Assembly (NCBI RefSeq): GCF_001194135.2
Contig: NC_068982.1
Coordinates: 155,631,039-155,695,038, forward strand
Reading direction: 5' to 3'
DNA: 64,000 bases
Source: Octopus bimaculoides
Taxonomy: Eukaryota
Shown in pieces: positions 38,265-51,600 of the stretch. Each line of letters starts with the position of its first letter. Position 1 is the first letter of the stretch. The notes under the pieces were generated by a model, which had not been told where the DNA came from, did no database searches, and was given only the letters and a program-made list of their open reading frames with translations. Position numbers and translations under genes: made by a program.

Positions 38265-39608
38265 TCAGGTTTCAGATAGCTTTAATATAGAGAATTCAAA
38301 GAGTTTGTTGTTGACTTTCTTAACTTGTTTCAATTCATCTTTCAGTTTCTTAATCAGTTCCGTTTTCTCATATTCGTTCATATCACTGTGTCCTTCTTCA
38401 TAAGGAATATCCAAACTTGTTCCGGTATTCTTTACGGCTCTATTGTATGCAACAATTACATCACCGTTTTCTTCGGTGTAAGGTTCAAATATGCAAGATT
38501 GTGGTTGATTTTTCAAGAGGACAGTTCCAACAGTTTCACCTTCTTCGTCGACAGACTGAAGGTTTCGTTTCAGCTGGCCAAGTAGCCGCGTCGGTTTGTA
38601 GTTAGGGTTCAACATAGCTGGTGTGACAGGGCTAATCAAAACGTTGGTGACAGCACCTTTGTGAGGTAAGGTTCGTATACACTGGCCACTACTGATGTCC
38701 CAAATTTTAACGTTGCAGTCATCGGAACCAGAAATTAATTTGTCGCCCTCTTTTGACATTGCCAAACATGTAACTTGCTGATCGTGTCCATTAAAAGCAG
38801 TAACTCGTTTTATCATAGCTGTATCACTCGCCACATGTCTCTGTCGGCTATTTGTGTTTTCAAAGAGATCCACCGTATAGATATGTCCATTTTTAGCTCC
38901 TGCGAATAAACAACTATCTGCAGCATCCATTACAACCGACGATATCCCCACTGGGAAGACGAAGTCACATAACAACTGACCCGAACATAAATCCCACATT
39001 TTACATGTTTGGTCAAGGGAAGCTGTTACGATTCGCGATCGAAGTCCTCCGGCACCAACGTGTATGTCAGTAATTGCCAATGAATGATCTTTCCATGTAA
39101 ACAGAGGCTCAGGTTTCAAGCAGGCATCTTTCCAAATGCGTACGACATCAGTTAATGACCATACCACTACTAAATTATCTTCGCCTCCACTAACAAATGT
39201 GATATTATCAACAAACTTGACACATGTAATATTTTGATAGTGTTTTTGAACAATGGCTAATAGATCACCAGAACTGACCTGCCAAACATAGATCTTTTCT
39301 TCGATTCCAGCCACGCAGAAGCAACCATCCGGTGAAACAGCAAGGGAAGATATTTTTTTCGGAAATACAACTTTGCTCTGCATCTGTTCCCGCCTTTGTA
39401 ATGTCCACACGTGTAACACAGACCGGGCATTATTAGCAGCTAAAAGATATTCGCCAGCAATCAAAGCCAAGCCTCTAGAGGTTGTGCTACCTCCCTTGTA
39501 GTAAGACAAACTGGTTCCTGAATGGAAATCCCACATACAAACATTCCAATGTTCTCCTGAAGTGTCTGTTGTAAACAGAACCTCATTACTTTTCTTTGTC
39601 GTCGCCAT
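38265..39608 (-). CDS. WDR18: WD repeat protein 18 (Ipi3, Rix1/PELP1 complex), single coding exon, about 447 aa; start probably the second ATG (aaaATGG), ORF track starts at 39626
   Basis: N-terminal W..C.WDFHSG...YKGG...RGLALIAGEYLL, HYQNITC...FVSGGEDNLV.VW, several WD40 repeats and a C-terminal coiled coil, as recalled for WDR18. Confidence 0.92.
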   Translation of the reverse strand: MATTKKSNEVLFTTDTSGEHWNVCMWDFHSGTSLSYYKGGSTTSRGLALIAGEYLLAANNARSVLHVWTLQRREQMQSKVVFPKKISSLAVSPDGCFCVAGIEEKIYVWQVSSGDLLAIVQKHYQNITCVKFVDNITFVSGGEDNLVVVWSLTDVVRIWKDACLKPEPLFTWKDHSLAITDIHVGAGGLRSRIVTASLDQTCKMWDLCSGQLLCDFVFPVGISSVVMDAADSCLFAGAKNGHIYTVDLFENTNSRQRHVASDTAMIKRVTAFNGHDQQVTCLAMSKEGDKLISGSDDCNVKIWDISSGQCIRTLPHKGAVTNVLISPVTPAMLNPNYKPTRLLGQLKRNLQSVDEEGETVGTVLLKNQPQSCIFEPYTEENGDVIVAYNRAVKNTGTSLDIPYEEGHSDMNEYEKTELIKKLKDELKQVKKVNNKLFEFSILKLSET

Positions 39609-39629
39609 TTTCAAATTATAATGCAATGT

Positions 39630-39800
39630 TACATTAGTTATCTCCCTTAGCTACTTTACGGAAAATACCGAAGTTAACTCGGCTTTTTAATCCAATAAAG
39701 AGTATTGCAGACGGAACCTATACAAGGTCGTTCGACTCAGCAGAAATAACAGTCAAACCACACTTTACTTTCTTAAAAAAGGAACGACACATTGGGCAAT
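39630..39800 (-). promoter_or_regulatory. Putative WDR18 promoter/5' UTR (CpG-retaining)
   Basis: Visibly more CpG than the flanking AT-rich DNA, directly upstream of the ATG; not quantified. Confidence 0.35.
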
Positions 39801-42469
39801 ATGTTCTGAATAAAAGATGTAAGAGTTACTGCTGGAACACTTGAGAGTAAGGGATGACTGGCGCAGGGTGGTAGTAAACAACAATAAGTATTTTATTCCT
39901 CAGTGATATACAACTTTTATTTTTTATTTTTGTGTAATTATACAGAAATTATAAATTTTAACAAATTTAACAGTGTTTACATATATCTTTAACACTAATT
40001 ATTAGAAATCTATAAAGGACCGGCAAAGTCCCAATTAGTCTTTAAATGATGCAAGCATTCGGTAATGGGCTCACTATCATCTCGTAGAATGACCATTTTT
40101 GCATCTTTTTCCTTAAAGTTTTCGCAATTAAGCACCCTCCTTTCATCCAAACCATCCTAATTTATGGATTTTTAAAAATAATTAATTAATAGCAAAACTT
40201 AAAATGTTCAGTGATATGAAAGTATAGAGTAACTTAGGTGGGAGGATGATATTTAATTGTGGTTATAATAGTCACTGTTAGCAAAGTGTATAATTTTTTG
40301 TCTATATAAAAATCTATACATTGGAACCCATGGTTGACAATGTATTCCAAGCTGTTGTTCTCTGTTTATGGAAGTTTCATTATTAACTATTCAGTGATTA
40401 GAATGAAATAACATTTTAAAATCTGAAGGTAAGTGAAATGAAATGAACCTGAGGGTATGCTTGTGGTAATGCCAAAACAAAAAAATTTAAACGTTTCAAG
40501 AACAGCATTTAAAAAAAAAATTTATGCGCACACACACATTACGAAATCCTGGCTATAATTACAGCAATGAATTCATGTGATGTGTTGTTGGACGTAGAAA
40601 ACGGGAGTGAGAACAGCAGAAAAGACTGCTATAGTTTGTTTCGTTAAATAGAGAATAGAGGAGTCGTACTTCCCCACAAGCCCTGAAACACCTATTTGGT
40701 ATTTAGTATCTACTAAACCCGAAGTTGGAGACATGGAACCTAAGCATTTATGCATTCAAATAAGTTAACATGGTCTTCGTCATTAAATTAAATCTATTTT
40801 CCTTAAATTAGGATGTCTTTTCTATGGTATGTGTGTGTTTGCCAAAATTTATGGGGAAATCGATTATTAGATTAAAATAACGAAAGTAAACATGCAAATG
40901 ACAGAACCCATGGTGTATAGTTGCAGTAGGGATTTGAAACCTAACTGCTAGATCATGAGTGAACCACCACGATTTCATGTGATCAGTCTGTAAGTTGACC
41001 AATCAGTGTAAGGTTTTCTCAAATGTTCTAAAATTCGACTTCTTGTCCCCAATAAAAATTGTATTTGGCTCTCAATCAGTGTTGAAGGCAGCTGATTGAC
41101 TCATGCCTCCATCCACTCTTGCCATGCAGATGACCAATGACCACTGACACCACAAGTGGCCTCAGAGGTTTGTGCAGATGGCTGTATTTTTGGACTGACT
41201 GCTTTCTATATTTTTAGAACAGTTTTTCTCTCCTTTTATTTGGTAATTATTGATATTGTTCATTGTAATTTGCCAACGTGAAATGTTTTTATGTCCAGCA
41301 ATAAATATTACAGCTAAATGTTCATGAGTTTGTTTCAGTTATTATTTAAGCAGCCAACATGTCTTCATTGACCGGCTCAGCATTTTCCATTCTGAGATTC
41401 CAGACAGTTAAAATAGTTATTCTCTCTCCATCTGCAACTTTTAGAGATAACATCTTTCTCTTTCTCTCTGCCACTAGCAGACAACTAACATGTTGCAATG
41501 GCAAACCTCATTGTAGCCTTATACCATTACCTTTCTCCTTTCACACAGTAGTAAATCCCTACCAGAGGTTCTCCATTAACTAATATTTGTATTTACTTCT
41601 AAATCGTAGCAGTTCTGATCAACTTTATAATTGTTGAATAATATTTATAATGAGTATAAATTATTTTGCATCAGTTTCTCTCAGTTATGCAACATGCAGC
41701 TTTTCTTCAAATGCAACCTTTTCTCTATGCCACAATTTACTGGTTACAATTGGTGACCTCTAACATGTTACATCATAATCATTACAAGTGGAGACCTCTA
41801 CTAATTGCATTCAACCGTTACTTAATAGTGAAGTCCTACATCCATATATTCTTGTGAACTAGGTCATCAGCATACAAGAGTTCCCACTAACAGCCTGTAT
41901 TAAACTCCTCTGTTATGGTTTGGAGAACAATAATTATCAAAAGGGAGCTAAAAATTAAGTTCCGATGGACATCCACCTGCACACTATATACCTTGTTGGA
42001 CTCATAGCCATTTATCTTTTTGCTGACATTATCTTTGTATATAACTTGCATGGCTCATAGAAACCAGTTGTCTACATCTGGTTTTCTTAGTGATTACAAG
42101 AGTACAGAGTGCAGTGGCCCTATCAAAGGCCTTCATCATGTGGATAAATGCTCAGTATAGTGGCTTGCGTTTAACTAAAAATTCACCTGAAAATCTGGGA
42201 GAATTCAAAAATCTTCTTCATATTCACCAACACTCTCTAAAGGGGACTCTCCACTCTTGCAACAATTTATATTATTGGCACACATTATGGAAACCAGTAC
42301 CACTAATGATCTAACTGGATATTTAAGTTGTTTATCATTGGTTGAAACATGCTGATTCACATCCTCACAATAACTGTTCAGGTAGATTATTTTGATGAAA
42401 AGTTCTAAGACAAAAGACAAAATTCCAAACCTTATCAAAGAATTTGAACTGCCACTAGCACTCCACACA

Positions 42470-42880
42470 TATTACAACTGAAAGAGGTTGTGGTATATTT
42501 TGTTTGCAAGCTGTATTCTAATGAATCTTGCATGGATGATTCCAATGTTGAACTTCTGAGAATGAAAATGTTTTGTTACAAAATCAGGAATGTGCTGAGT
42601 ATACCCCAATGACTGATATCTATGAAGAGCATTTCAAAAGAATTGTTATTCAAGCAAGTATTAGAATTTGAGAGTGAATGACACCTGTGGAAGGCTTCTG
42701 CAATTGTGGTGGAAAAGAGAAGAAATTAGTTCTAGTTTGAATGATACTACCATTAGCAAAAGATGTCAATCTTGAAATAAAATGCTCCTGTTCAAACATG
42801 TTCATTGTGCAAGTGCAACAATGTAAAATTGAGATGTGCATCATTTAACGTCTTGTGCAAGTGGAAATGTATGGAGGAAT
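42470..42880 (+). mobile_element. Decayed C-terminus of an Academ(X)-like DNA transposon protein (end of XPG-like region plus Cys-rich finger)
   Basis: FVCKLY...VELLRMKMFCYK...PMTDIYEEHFKRIVIQAS...LEIKCSCS/CKCNNVKLRC...LCKWKC with stops and frameshifts; family assigned from recalled motif pattern only. Confidence 0.55.
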
Positions 42881-43959
42881 GACAATTTCTAAGCTAACAG
42901 GCATTGATTAATATTTGTATGTTAATCACAAATATTAAAACACTTTCTACAAATTAATGTGGCTCTTTTTCAAATTTGGGCTGTTTGAAATCTGATTTGA
43001 AGGTGTGGTCTTTATAACTCATGTTAATAATATAAACTTCTGTTTAATTTTAAAGCATTTCTGTATTTTATTGCTAAAATAACCTGATGTTAAAGGATTT
43101 ATTCTCATCTCATAAACACCACATTATTTAATTAAAAAAAATGTAAATATAATTGCAAATTTTTATTTGAAAATAAATGGCACTAAATAGGTTCAGATTG
43201 GACCATCGACTTGAATGTTAAAGTTGTTTGAGTATTGTCATTCATCTCCAGGTTCCACATGTCCCCTTTTGGGCTGATCATTCTCTAATCAGGCTGATGT
43301 TGTAATTTAGACCTCTTTTAATGTAATACCAACATCTTTTGCATTAATTTGAAATGATTGATGGCTAGGACATTCCACTAAGAACTATTTGATGCACCCA
43401 CCTACTCCTGGGCCCAATAAACTTTGATACCACTAATTCACCTCTGGGCCCAATACACTTTGACCATTGAACCAAATCTCCCTCAAATTATACTCATTTT
43501 AGAAAAGAAGGTAACATTTGATAATTTAGTCCCAAATGTATTGTTTATGGGAAAAAAAGACAAGATGGTCAGTACTGGAATGTCTTTGACTGTAGGCCAC
43601 CTCAGTCAGGACTGATATAGGGCTAAATAGAACAATTATTTATCTATCTTCCTAGGTTCTGTAATATGTACAAACATTCATTTGTGAACTTGAATTTCTT
43701 TATATTTCTGCCTCTACATTTTCACTTAACCCTCAATCAGATGCAACAATTATCTCAGTAATCTTAATCTATGAATTGATGAGAAACTATTAAAGACTGT
43801 CAACATAAATCAATATTTTAATCCATCATCCAGTTTAACATTACTGGTCCTTAAGTAATTTTTATGGTGTTTTCCAACCTCTTTTGTCCTATGCCTCACT
43901 TTGATTTAAAAACAAAGCAAAACAAGAGAGTACCCCTCCGTGAACAAAGTTAGCATGTG

Positions 43960-44159
43960 TGTGTTTGTGTGTATAAATATTCTGATTATATGTCTGTGCA
44001 CACGTTTGAATGTGGTGTGTGCCAGAGGGTTTGCAAATCCAATGGGGGTCTTAAAAGACATGTTAGGATCCACAATGAGCAGAACTTACCTGCAGGTATT
44101 GGTAGTACAAATCAGAGGTGCAATCTGTGTGGGTGTTTTTTCAAAACATTGTCTGGTTT
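43960..44159 (+). other. One complete and one gap-truncated C2H2 zinc finger
   Basis: FECGVCQRVCKSNGGLKRHVRIH, then RCNLCGCFFKTLSG up to the N-gap; no TGEKP linker. Confidence 0.6.
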
Positions 44160-44169
44160 NNNNNNNNNN

Positions 44170-44213
<44 letters not shown>

Positions 44214-45360
44214 GAAAGAAATTTTAATTAGAATTTTATTGCAAGTTTAATCACTTGTTACTTACATCCAATTCTCTAGTTATCCATAACCACCATAATA
44301 TTGTCACACCTTACCTTTACCTTGAGAAACACTAACAGTATCAGACAAAATGCCTGCAGTATTTATCTTTAAGTTCAAATCTCACCAATGCTGACTTTGC
44401 TTTTCAGTCTTATCTAATCTATAACAACAAAAAGGCTTGAAAGGACTGGAAGAAAGTGGGTAGCAGAGAACAATAGAACATACCTGAAAGAGAAGCTAGA
44501 CATCAAATATACCTTGCAAGGGAAGAAGCAGAAAACAGTGGTTGGTGCATTAAAGGAGACAAGAAAGGATGCCCTTCAGACTAGTTGAAGACAATACAGC
44601 CTCTGAAGTGTTGGTTCCACAATAAAATGCTCTTAGACTCTTTAAAGTGGTTTGTAAACTTCTGTTCACATCCAGTCATAGAAATCATAATGGAATGTAT
44701 GAGTGAGACATGGTTTTCTTACTTGTCTAGTTGGGCAGTAATTTTGAACAAGAAATCACCCATACCAGCAAAGGAACTGGCTGTAAATGATGATGATAAT
44801 GTTATATATGTATGTGCTTGTGTAGGCTTCTGAATTTGATACACTGTTTCAGATTTTATATTGACTGTAAAAAATGAGATTCAGTGACAATAATACATCA
44901 ATTATAAAAGTGAAATAAGTTATAAATAAACACCCAAAAGAGTTAGTTCAGGTTCTGAAGATCACAGGTTTGCTCCATTAGGGCTGACCAGGGTTAAGTA
45001 ACAATTAGCATTCTACCCATCCACTGCACACTAGCTCCATCAGTCAGAGGTCAACACTAACTTGATAAGCCAGTTTCTTTTAAACTTAAAGATATATGCT
45101 ATAATAATTTCTTGGTGGTTTATGAAAGGGGATTATTTCACAAGGGTTTTGTATTGCTGGAATTAATTTAACCAAAATTATTGAATTATTACTCTTTAAC
45201 TCTTTTCTCTGTACCAGTTGAAATCATTTCAAAAATTTTTTATTTGAATGAAAAAAAAAAAAAATCAGAAACAATAAAAATAAAAGAGAAATTCAAATCA
45301 AATGAAAATGTTAAATAAAATTTAATAAAAAAAATTTTTAAAGCATTTTTGTATATAATA

Positions 45361-45677
45361 CTATTTTTTAAAATTTTCCCTGAGAAATTTTGGCCAACTC
45401 AGAGGCCATTCATATTCATTTGGTACAATACCATCACATTTGGATTCAAAAAATGAGAAAAGTGGAAACCAAATTTTCGTTCTTTTGGAGTCTCTTTGCA
45501 TTAAAGCACGGTTGTTGGCTAATGTGTGATAGTAGAGAAAGAGACGGGTAGTGATGTAAAAAGCAATAAAGACATCAATTGAATAGTGTTCATGGGCTGC
45601 AAGGATGAAAAAGATGCCGAAAAGATTCAAGACCCAGGTGATAGTATGGATGTAGTAAAACCGCTGCCGGGATGTAT
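45361..45677 (-). CDS. SAMD8: SAMD8 terminal coding exon
   Basis: ttattacAG acceptor; contains [23 protein letters not shown]; stop codon at 45363-45361. Confidence 0.94.
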
Positions 45678-48600
45678 CTGTAATAAACAAAGAACAACAA
45701 CATTATTATCACATGAAAGTGGTGTGGGAAACAGTCGTCTTCTGAACAGGTTTTCAACAAGGATGAAGCAAGTAAATATATATTTTGACAGCCTGTAGAC
45801 ATGATACACTTTCTGTTCTTTTCCTCCTCAATATCTAACAGGGAAATATAGAGAGGGTGAGAGTGTGTGATGTGTATGTTTGCTAGTATACTTTTTTATT
45901 ATTTTACTATCATCATCATTTAATGTCTGTCGTTCATGCTGGTATGGGTTGGACGGTTTGACCAGGGCTGGCAAGCTGAAAGCTGAATCATTGCACCAGA
46001 CTCCAGTCTGAATGCCCTTCCTAATCCCAATCACTCCAAGAGTGTAATGAGTGCTTTTACGTGCCACCAGCATGGGTGCCATTTGTGTGACACCAGTGTC
46101 TGCCACAACTGTGAATTTACTTGGCTTGATAGGTCTTCTTCTCAAGCACAACATAATGCCAAAGGTCTTGGTCATTCATCATTACCTCCATAAGGCCCAA
46201 CACTTGAAAGGAGCTTTTCACATGCTACTGGTATCAGCCACTTTGCCTCTATGAGGTCCAGTGCTTGAAAGGTGCTTTTTATGTGCCAGCGACATGGGTG
46301 CCAGTTCTTCTCAAGCAATGATTTCCCTTGGCTTGACAGGTCTTCGCAAACAATATGATTTCCCTTGGCTTGATGGGTCTTCGCAAGCAATATGATTTCA
46401 CTTGGCTTGATGGATCTTCTCAAGCATGTATTTTTAATATCCTTTGAATATAATTTTATTATTTGGTATGGAGTACCTAACCACATCTGGTGACACAGTA
46501 GTATACTATGTTGCAATGTACCATTTGGAGATCAATGGTGTAAGACATTAACAAATTACGCTGGATTAGGGAAAATAAATTGCATCAACAAATAACAGAA
46601 TTTTAAGTCCCTCTTACCATGTCATTATCATCATCATTTAACGTCTACTTTCCATGATGGCATGGATTGGATGGTTTGACAGGAACCGGTCAAGTAGAAG
46701 ACTGCACTAGACTTCTGTGTCTGTTTTGGCATGGATTTTATGGTTGGATGCCCTTCCTAACATTAACCACCCAGCAGAGTGGGCTGAGTGCTTTTTACGT
46801 GGCACAAGCACAGGTGAGGTCAATTTTGGAATGGTTTTTACAGCTGGATGTCCCTCTAAATGCCAACAACTTTATAGTGTGGACTGAATACTTTTTAGAT
46901 GGCACCAGCACTGGATGACAAAGTAGGGTTTTACATTTTATAAGTTTCATAAGTATAGTATGGTTGAATGGTTCAGGAGTCTACTTTGCAATCAGGAGGT
47001 CTGTTTTAATACCACAGCATAGCATCTTGGGCAGGTGTCCTGTACTACAGCCTCAGGTCAACCCATATTTTGTGAGTAAAATTGGGCAGACAAAAACTGG
47101 ATAGAAACCTGTCAGACAAATTGTACAAATGGTACAGGTCTTGTCACATTGGTTCTGCCCGAGAATTACATTTGAGGTACACATGCCAGTGGAATACTTG
47201 ACCATTTATATGCTAATTCAGTGAGTTTGGTAGTTTAGTTTAATGAACAACTGAACATACCAACATCATCATAATCATTTAACATCCATTTTCCATGCTG
47301 GCATGGGTTGGATGGTTTGATTGGAGCTGGTAAGGCCAGGGGCCACATCAGTCTTCATTGTCTGTTCTGGCATGGTTTCTATGGGTGGATGCCCTTTCTA
47401 ATGCCAACCACTCCACAGAGTTTAAAATTCTGACTGAGATCCATTTTTAATTTAAAGGATATATAATCAAACATCTTTTAAACAAGCATCCAAACCACTC
47501 TTAAATCACATCCTACTGAGCCCAGGTCTAAAACATCCAATTATAGGGATGCTGGATTGTAGTTGACCTGAGCTGGAGGAATGACAATATAAATGATGAA
47601 ATGAGAATTTGTAGAGTACTTACATTCAGAGATGAAAAAATTTAGCATTGTGATGCAAACTGTATGGCCACTGAACATATAATCACCACATGTACGTACA
47701 CCTTGGAGTGTCATACCAAATCCAGTAGCAATTTCTAAAGTACGTGTCAACTTTGCCCAGATATCATTGTCCTGTACCAAGTAAAGAAATAAGTCTACAT
47801 ATTTACAATGTATAATCAAAATAGTTAAGTTAGTCTTAACTGTATTAAGTATATACAGTTAGTAATAAGAAGCTAATTATAAATATTAAACAATATCAGT
47901 TAAGGACTAATATCATTTTAATTATTCCAGTGAGTACAGATGACAAACCCAGATATATTTCAATCCTATTAGACAACCTCAATGAAGTACAGATTTCCCT
48001 GTGCATGTCAAAATAGCGATGAAAGAAAAATAAGCACTAATACAATATTGTACACTAGTTGGCATACAAAATTATTAGTAATATTTTTTAGAGAATAAAT
48101 AACTCAGAGATTCTGTTTGCATGAAAAGTAATGATTAAGTTAGTTCTAATATATCTAATGAAATTAAAAAGCGAATTGGACATAATTATGAAGAGAGGGA
48201 AAAAACAATATTAGTCAATGAGTAATACAGGCTGCAACAGGTATTTATAAACACAAGCTATAAATGTACCAAAGCTTAATTTGTCTTCTTTTTTTTCAGA
48301 TGTACCAACAGTTTCAGCATGATAGATTTCAATCTGACATATTGTGCTCATATTCTAGCTACCAACCACAGAGAATGAGATATTAGCTTCTTGAATGTAG
48401 CTGAGTCCTTTGAATTTGAGATTGGGTAAGAGCCAGGAATCTCTGGCAATGATGTATTAACTGTGACAAGAGAAAGATACATTCTCAGTTGTCAGGATGG
48501 CTGATCTCATACAACAAGTCCAAGACATCATCAATGACAATCCCAGCAGGTTAATGAAAGCCATTACCAAGTAACTCAAGGTGGCAATGTCCAATATCAG

Positions 48601-51600
48601 ATGTATGGTACATAAAGACATCAGGTACTTGTCCTACATGATAAGGAAACAACAGTTTCACATTCATCAAGAATCAGGAGAACTGCCTGATCATGTGACT
48701 CCAACATCACATGGTCAGCTAACTCACAGGATTTGAATCCCTGATTGCTACTGCTACATCAGAAGTGTTGTTGGAGGTTAGGTTAGGACTACTGCTGTGG
48801 GTGTGATGGATGAGAACCACCTAATCTTTGTTTTGCATCAGAACTGAGGAGGGTTTCATTGAACAGCTCCTTTGACAAATCTAAATGAATGTCCCTATTT
48901 TGTGGGAGTATGTTACTTTTACTGACTGGTGTTTTATTTTCCTTCAATTTTTATTTGTTCATGGTTGCCTGGTGCATCCTCTATGTCTATATATGTGGGG
49001 TCAGAATTTGACAGTATTTTGTGGAACTAATTCAGATATCTACAATTCAGCAGAGCATGCAAGGTCTTTGGAAATACAGACCATTTCATAACACCAAAAT
49101 TTATATTTTCTGTATTGCTGCATGATACAAAATCATGGACAAATCTGTAGTGATTTAGATATTTTGGAAGTCTTTCAAATGAAATGAATCACAGAAGGAT
49201 TACAGATTAAATTAACCATCTCAAGAATGATTACATTTGACAAACTAGTTTTTTCAGTTGATCATTTCTGATTTTATATGGAAACAGAAGTTATGCAGTT
49301 GCAAAAAGTCATGAGAATAAACACCCACCAAAATCCTAGAGATGAGGCGAGATTAAAGAAACTATTTTTCTAAGCTATAACCTTTCTAGTTCTGGTGGTG
49401 TAATAAAATGTAAAGCGGTTAGTGTTAGGAAGGTCATCAAGTGTAAAAATCATGCCATTAAAGGAAAGAATAAATTTGGCAGACAAGCAGGCATGGATTC
49501 CAGAAGACCCAATGCAAGCAACCCATCTAAAAGAAAAGCAATTCTAAATAAAAATACTGATTCATACCAGAGAGGACTCTTTTGTTGTACAGCAGACATC
49601 CTCTTTAGTTTCACTAGCATAATAAACTGCATAAAGTCTGCATTGTAAAATGGTTGTTGGTAATTGAAAGTACATCTAACTTGCGCAAGCATGGAAAAGT
49701 GGACGTTAAAAGGACAATGATGTTCTAACCATAACTATTCCAAAAAAAAAAGTGACATGTACAACAAAGATAGTTGTGTGTATCTGTTTACTGTGTGTGC
49801 CAGATGACAAAAGCTATGTGACAAGTAGCAAGATGCTAAGAGACACAATCAGTTCATGCCAACATGAAATATTTGTCAAGATTTTTCAGTATTAAATGTA
49901 AATTCCAATAAAAATTAGCTGTCTTACTCCTAATTATGTACAGAGTATATGAGAGTATTCCAGCTAGAAACCATTATTTTTTAAAGTATGGGTAAATAAT
50001 GTTCTTTCCAAAAGGCCTGATCTAAAGATGAGGTTAGTTTGAAAAATCAGACTTATTGAAAACCCCTCATTTTGGATATTTACACATTTAATTAAAATGG
50101 ATAAATAGGAAACTAAAAATGATATTTTTGCCTTAAAGAGTAACCTTTTCTCTCTCCACTATTTTTCCTAGTATGTTAGAATGGGAAATGAAGACAGCTA
50201 AATCTATAGGTGTCGAGTTAAGAAGCTTGCTTCATAATTACATGGTTCTCAGTTTGATTCCACTATATGACACTTTGGGCAAATGTCTTGTGTCCACTCA
50301 AATCTTGTGAGTGAAACTGGGTAAATAGAAATTATGCAGAAGCCTGTTGAATGGACTGTACCAGTTCTTTGGTGCTAGACTTAATCCATTGCTCAGTTTA
50401 ACACCACCACTAGCTCTTGGATGCCTTTACTGGATCTGTCCACTCTGTTGCAAATATTCAGATCAGGTGTCCAGTCTGAGGATAACTAGACATCTTCAAG
50501 TGTTGCTGCTTTCTACTGCAGCAATCAATGAATCATGATTTCTCCTTCCCATTCCCTCCAACTGGCTTTTGAGGTCTTGCAAAATATGGTCCCTGTCATG
50601 AAAAAAAAAAGGAAAGCAAAACAAGAATTAAAAAAAAATAACTGAGGAACTTGGACAGGTTAATTAAAGAATTCTAAGTGAGGACTCAAAATATACCTTA
50701 GCTTCACACTGCAGGTGTACTCCAGGCACAGATAGTGATGTAATAAGCATTGTAACACAGCGTAACAAGAATACAGTACCCATCAGGGAAAACATTCTTC
50801 GCATTAAAATAAACCTGAAAAAGAAATAAAAAACCTAATAAAAATCAAGTGAACTGAGCAATCAATGATTAAGCAAAACCAACTTCCATAAATACTTTCT
50901 CCATATGGTCTGTACTCTTACATTGTTGTTTAATCCCTTGTCAGCACCAATCAACAAGATCTATCATCAAAAGCATTCCAGCTGTGATCATCTCATCTCT
51001 TTGTATATAAAAGACTACATTGTGTTATGTAACCTTCTTTATTTAAGATAGTAGTGTATGATTTGAGGGATTTAGTTGCTATTTCTAGTGTGATCACTAT
51101 GGGTTCCCTCACTGGCTTGTATGGTACCAGTGTTTGTGTGTGCAGTGTAGTAAATAGATAAGTCTGCTTTGCAGTCAAAATTCTAAGTTGTAACCTATGT
51201 AGGTGATGGTGGAAAAGAGTTTTCTCATTTAACATTGGGTTGATCCTAGCCTCTTAACTGAAACTGAATAAACAATAACTGTGTGGAAGCCTACCAGCCA
51301 GACTGTATTTATGAATTAAAGTCCTAGCCTTGTCATAAATTCTGCATGAGGTTAAAGGTACAAGTATCAGTAAAATTCTGAAATTTGCAGTCATACATAA
51401 GAGAGTAAAGTTTTTGCATGTTAGGTACCATAAAATAACAACTGAGATAAAGGGGTTTGAGGTGTGTATTAAAAACTGATGAGTGTGTGTGTGTACATAT
51501 CGTTTCATTCAATGTCCATATTTCATGCTAGCATGGGTTGGACGTTTGACAGGATTTGAAGTGGCAGAAGGCTGTACTGGCTCCAATGTCTGTTTTTGGC

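Noticed and set aside
39609-39626. Upstream ATG of the WDR18 ORF (MHYNLK)
   Set aside because: Weak context and no recognisable homology; the second ATG (aaaATGG) fits better. Not excluded.
23100-44000. ARL6 and WDR18 nested in a giant IPO9 intron (whole contig inverted)
   Set aside because: No further upstream IPO9 exons were found on the minus strand, and the orphan exon's acceptor looks defective. Kept only as a minor alternative.
47772-47794. Alternative upstream acceptor for the SAMD8 47624-47771 exon
   Set aside because: Wrong phase relative to the phase-0 donor at 50696.
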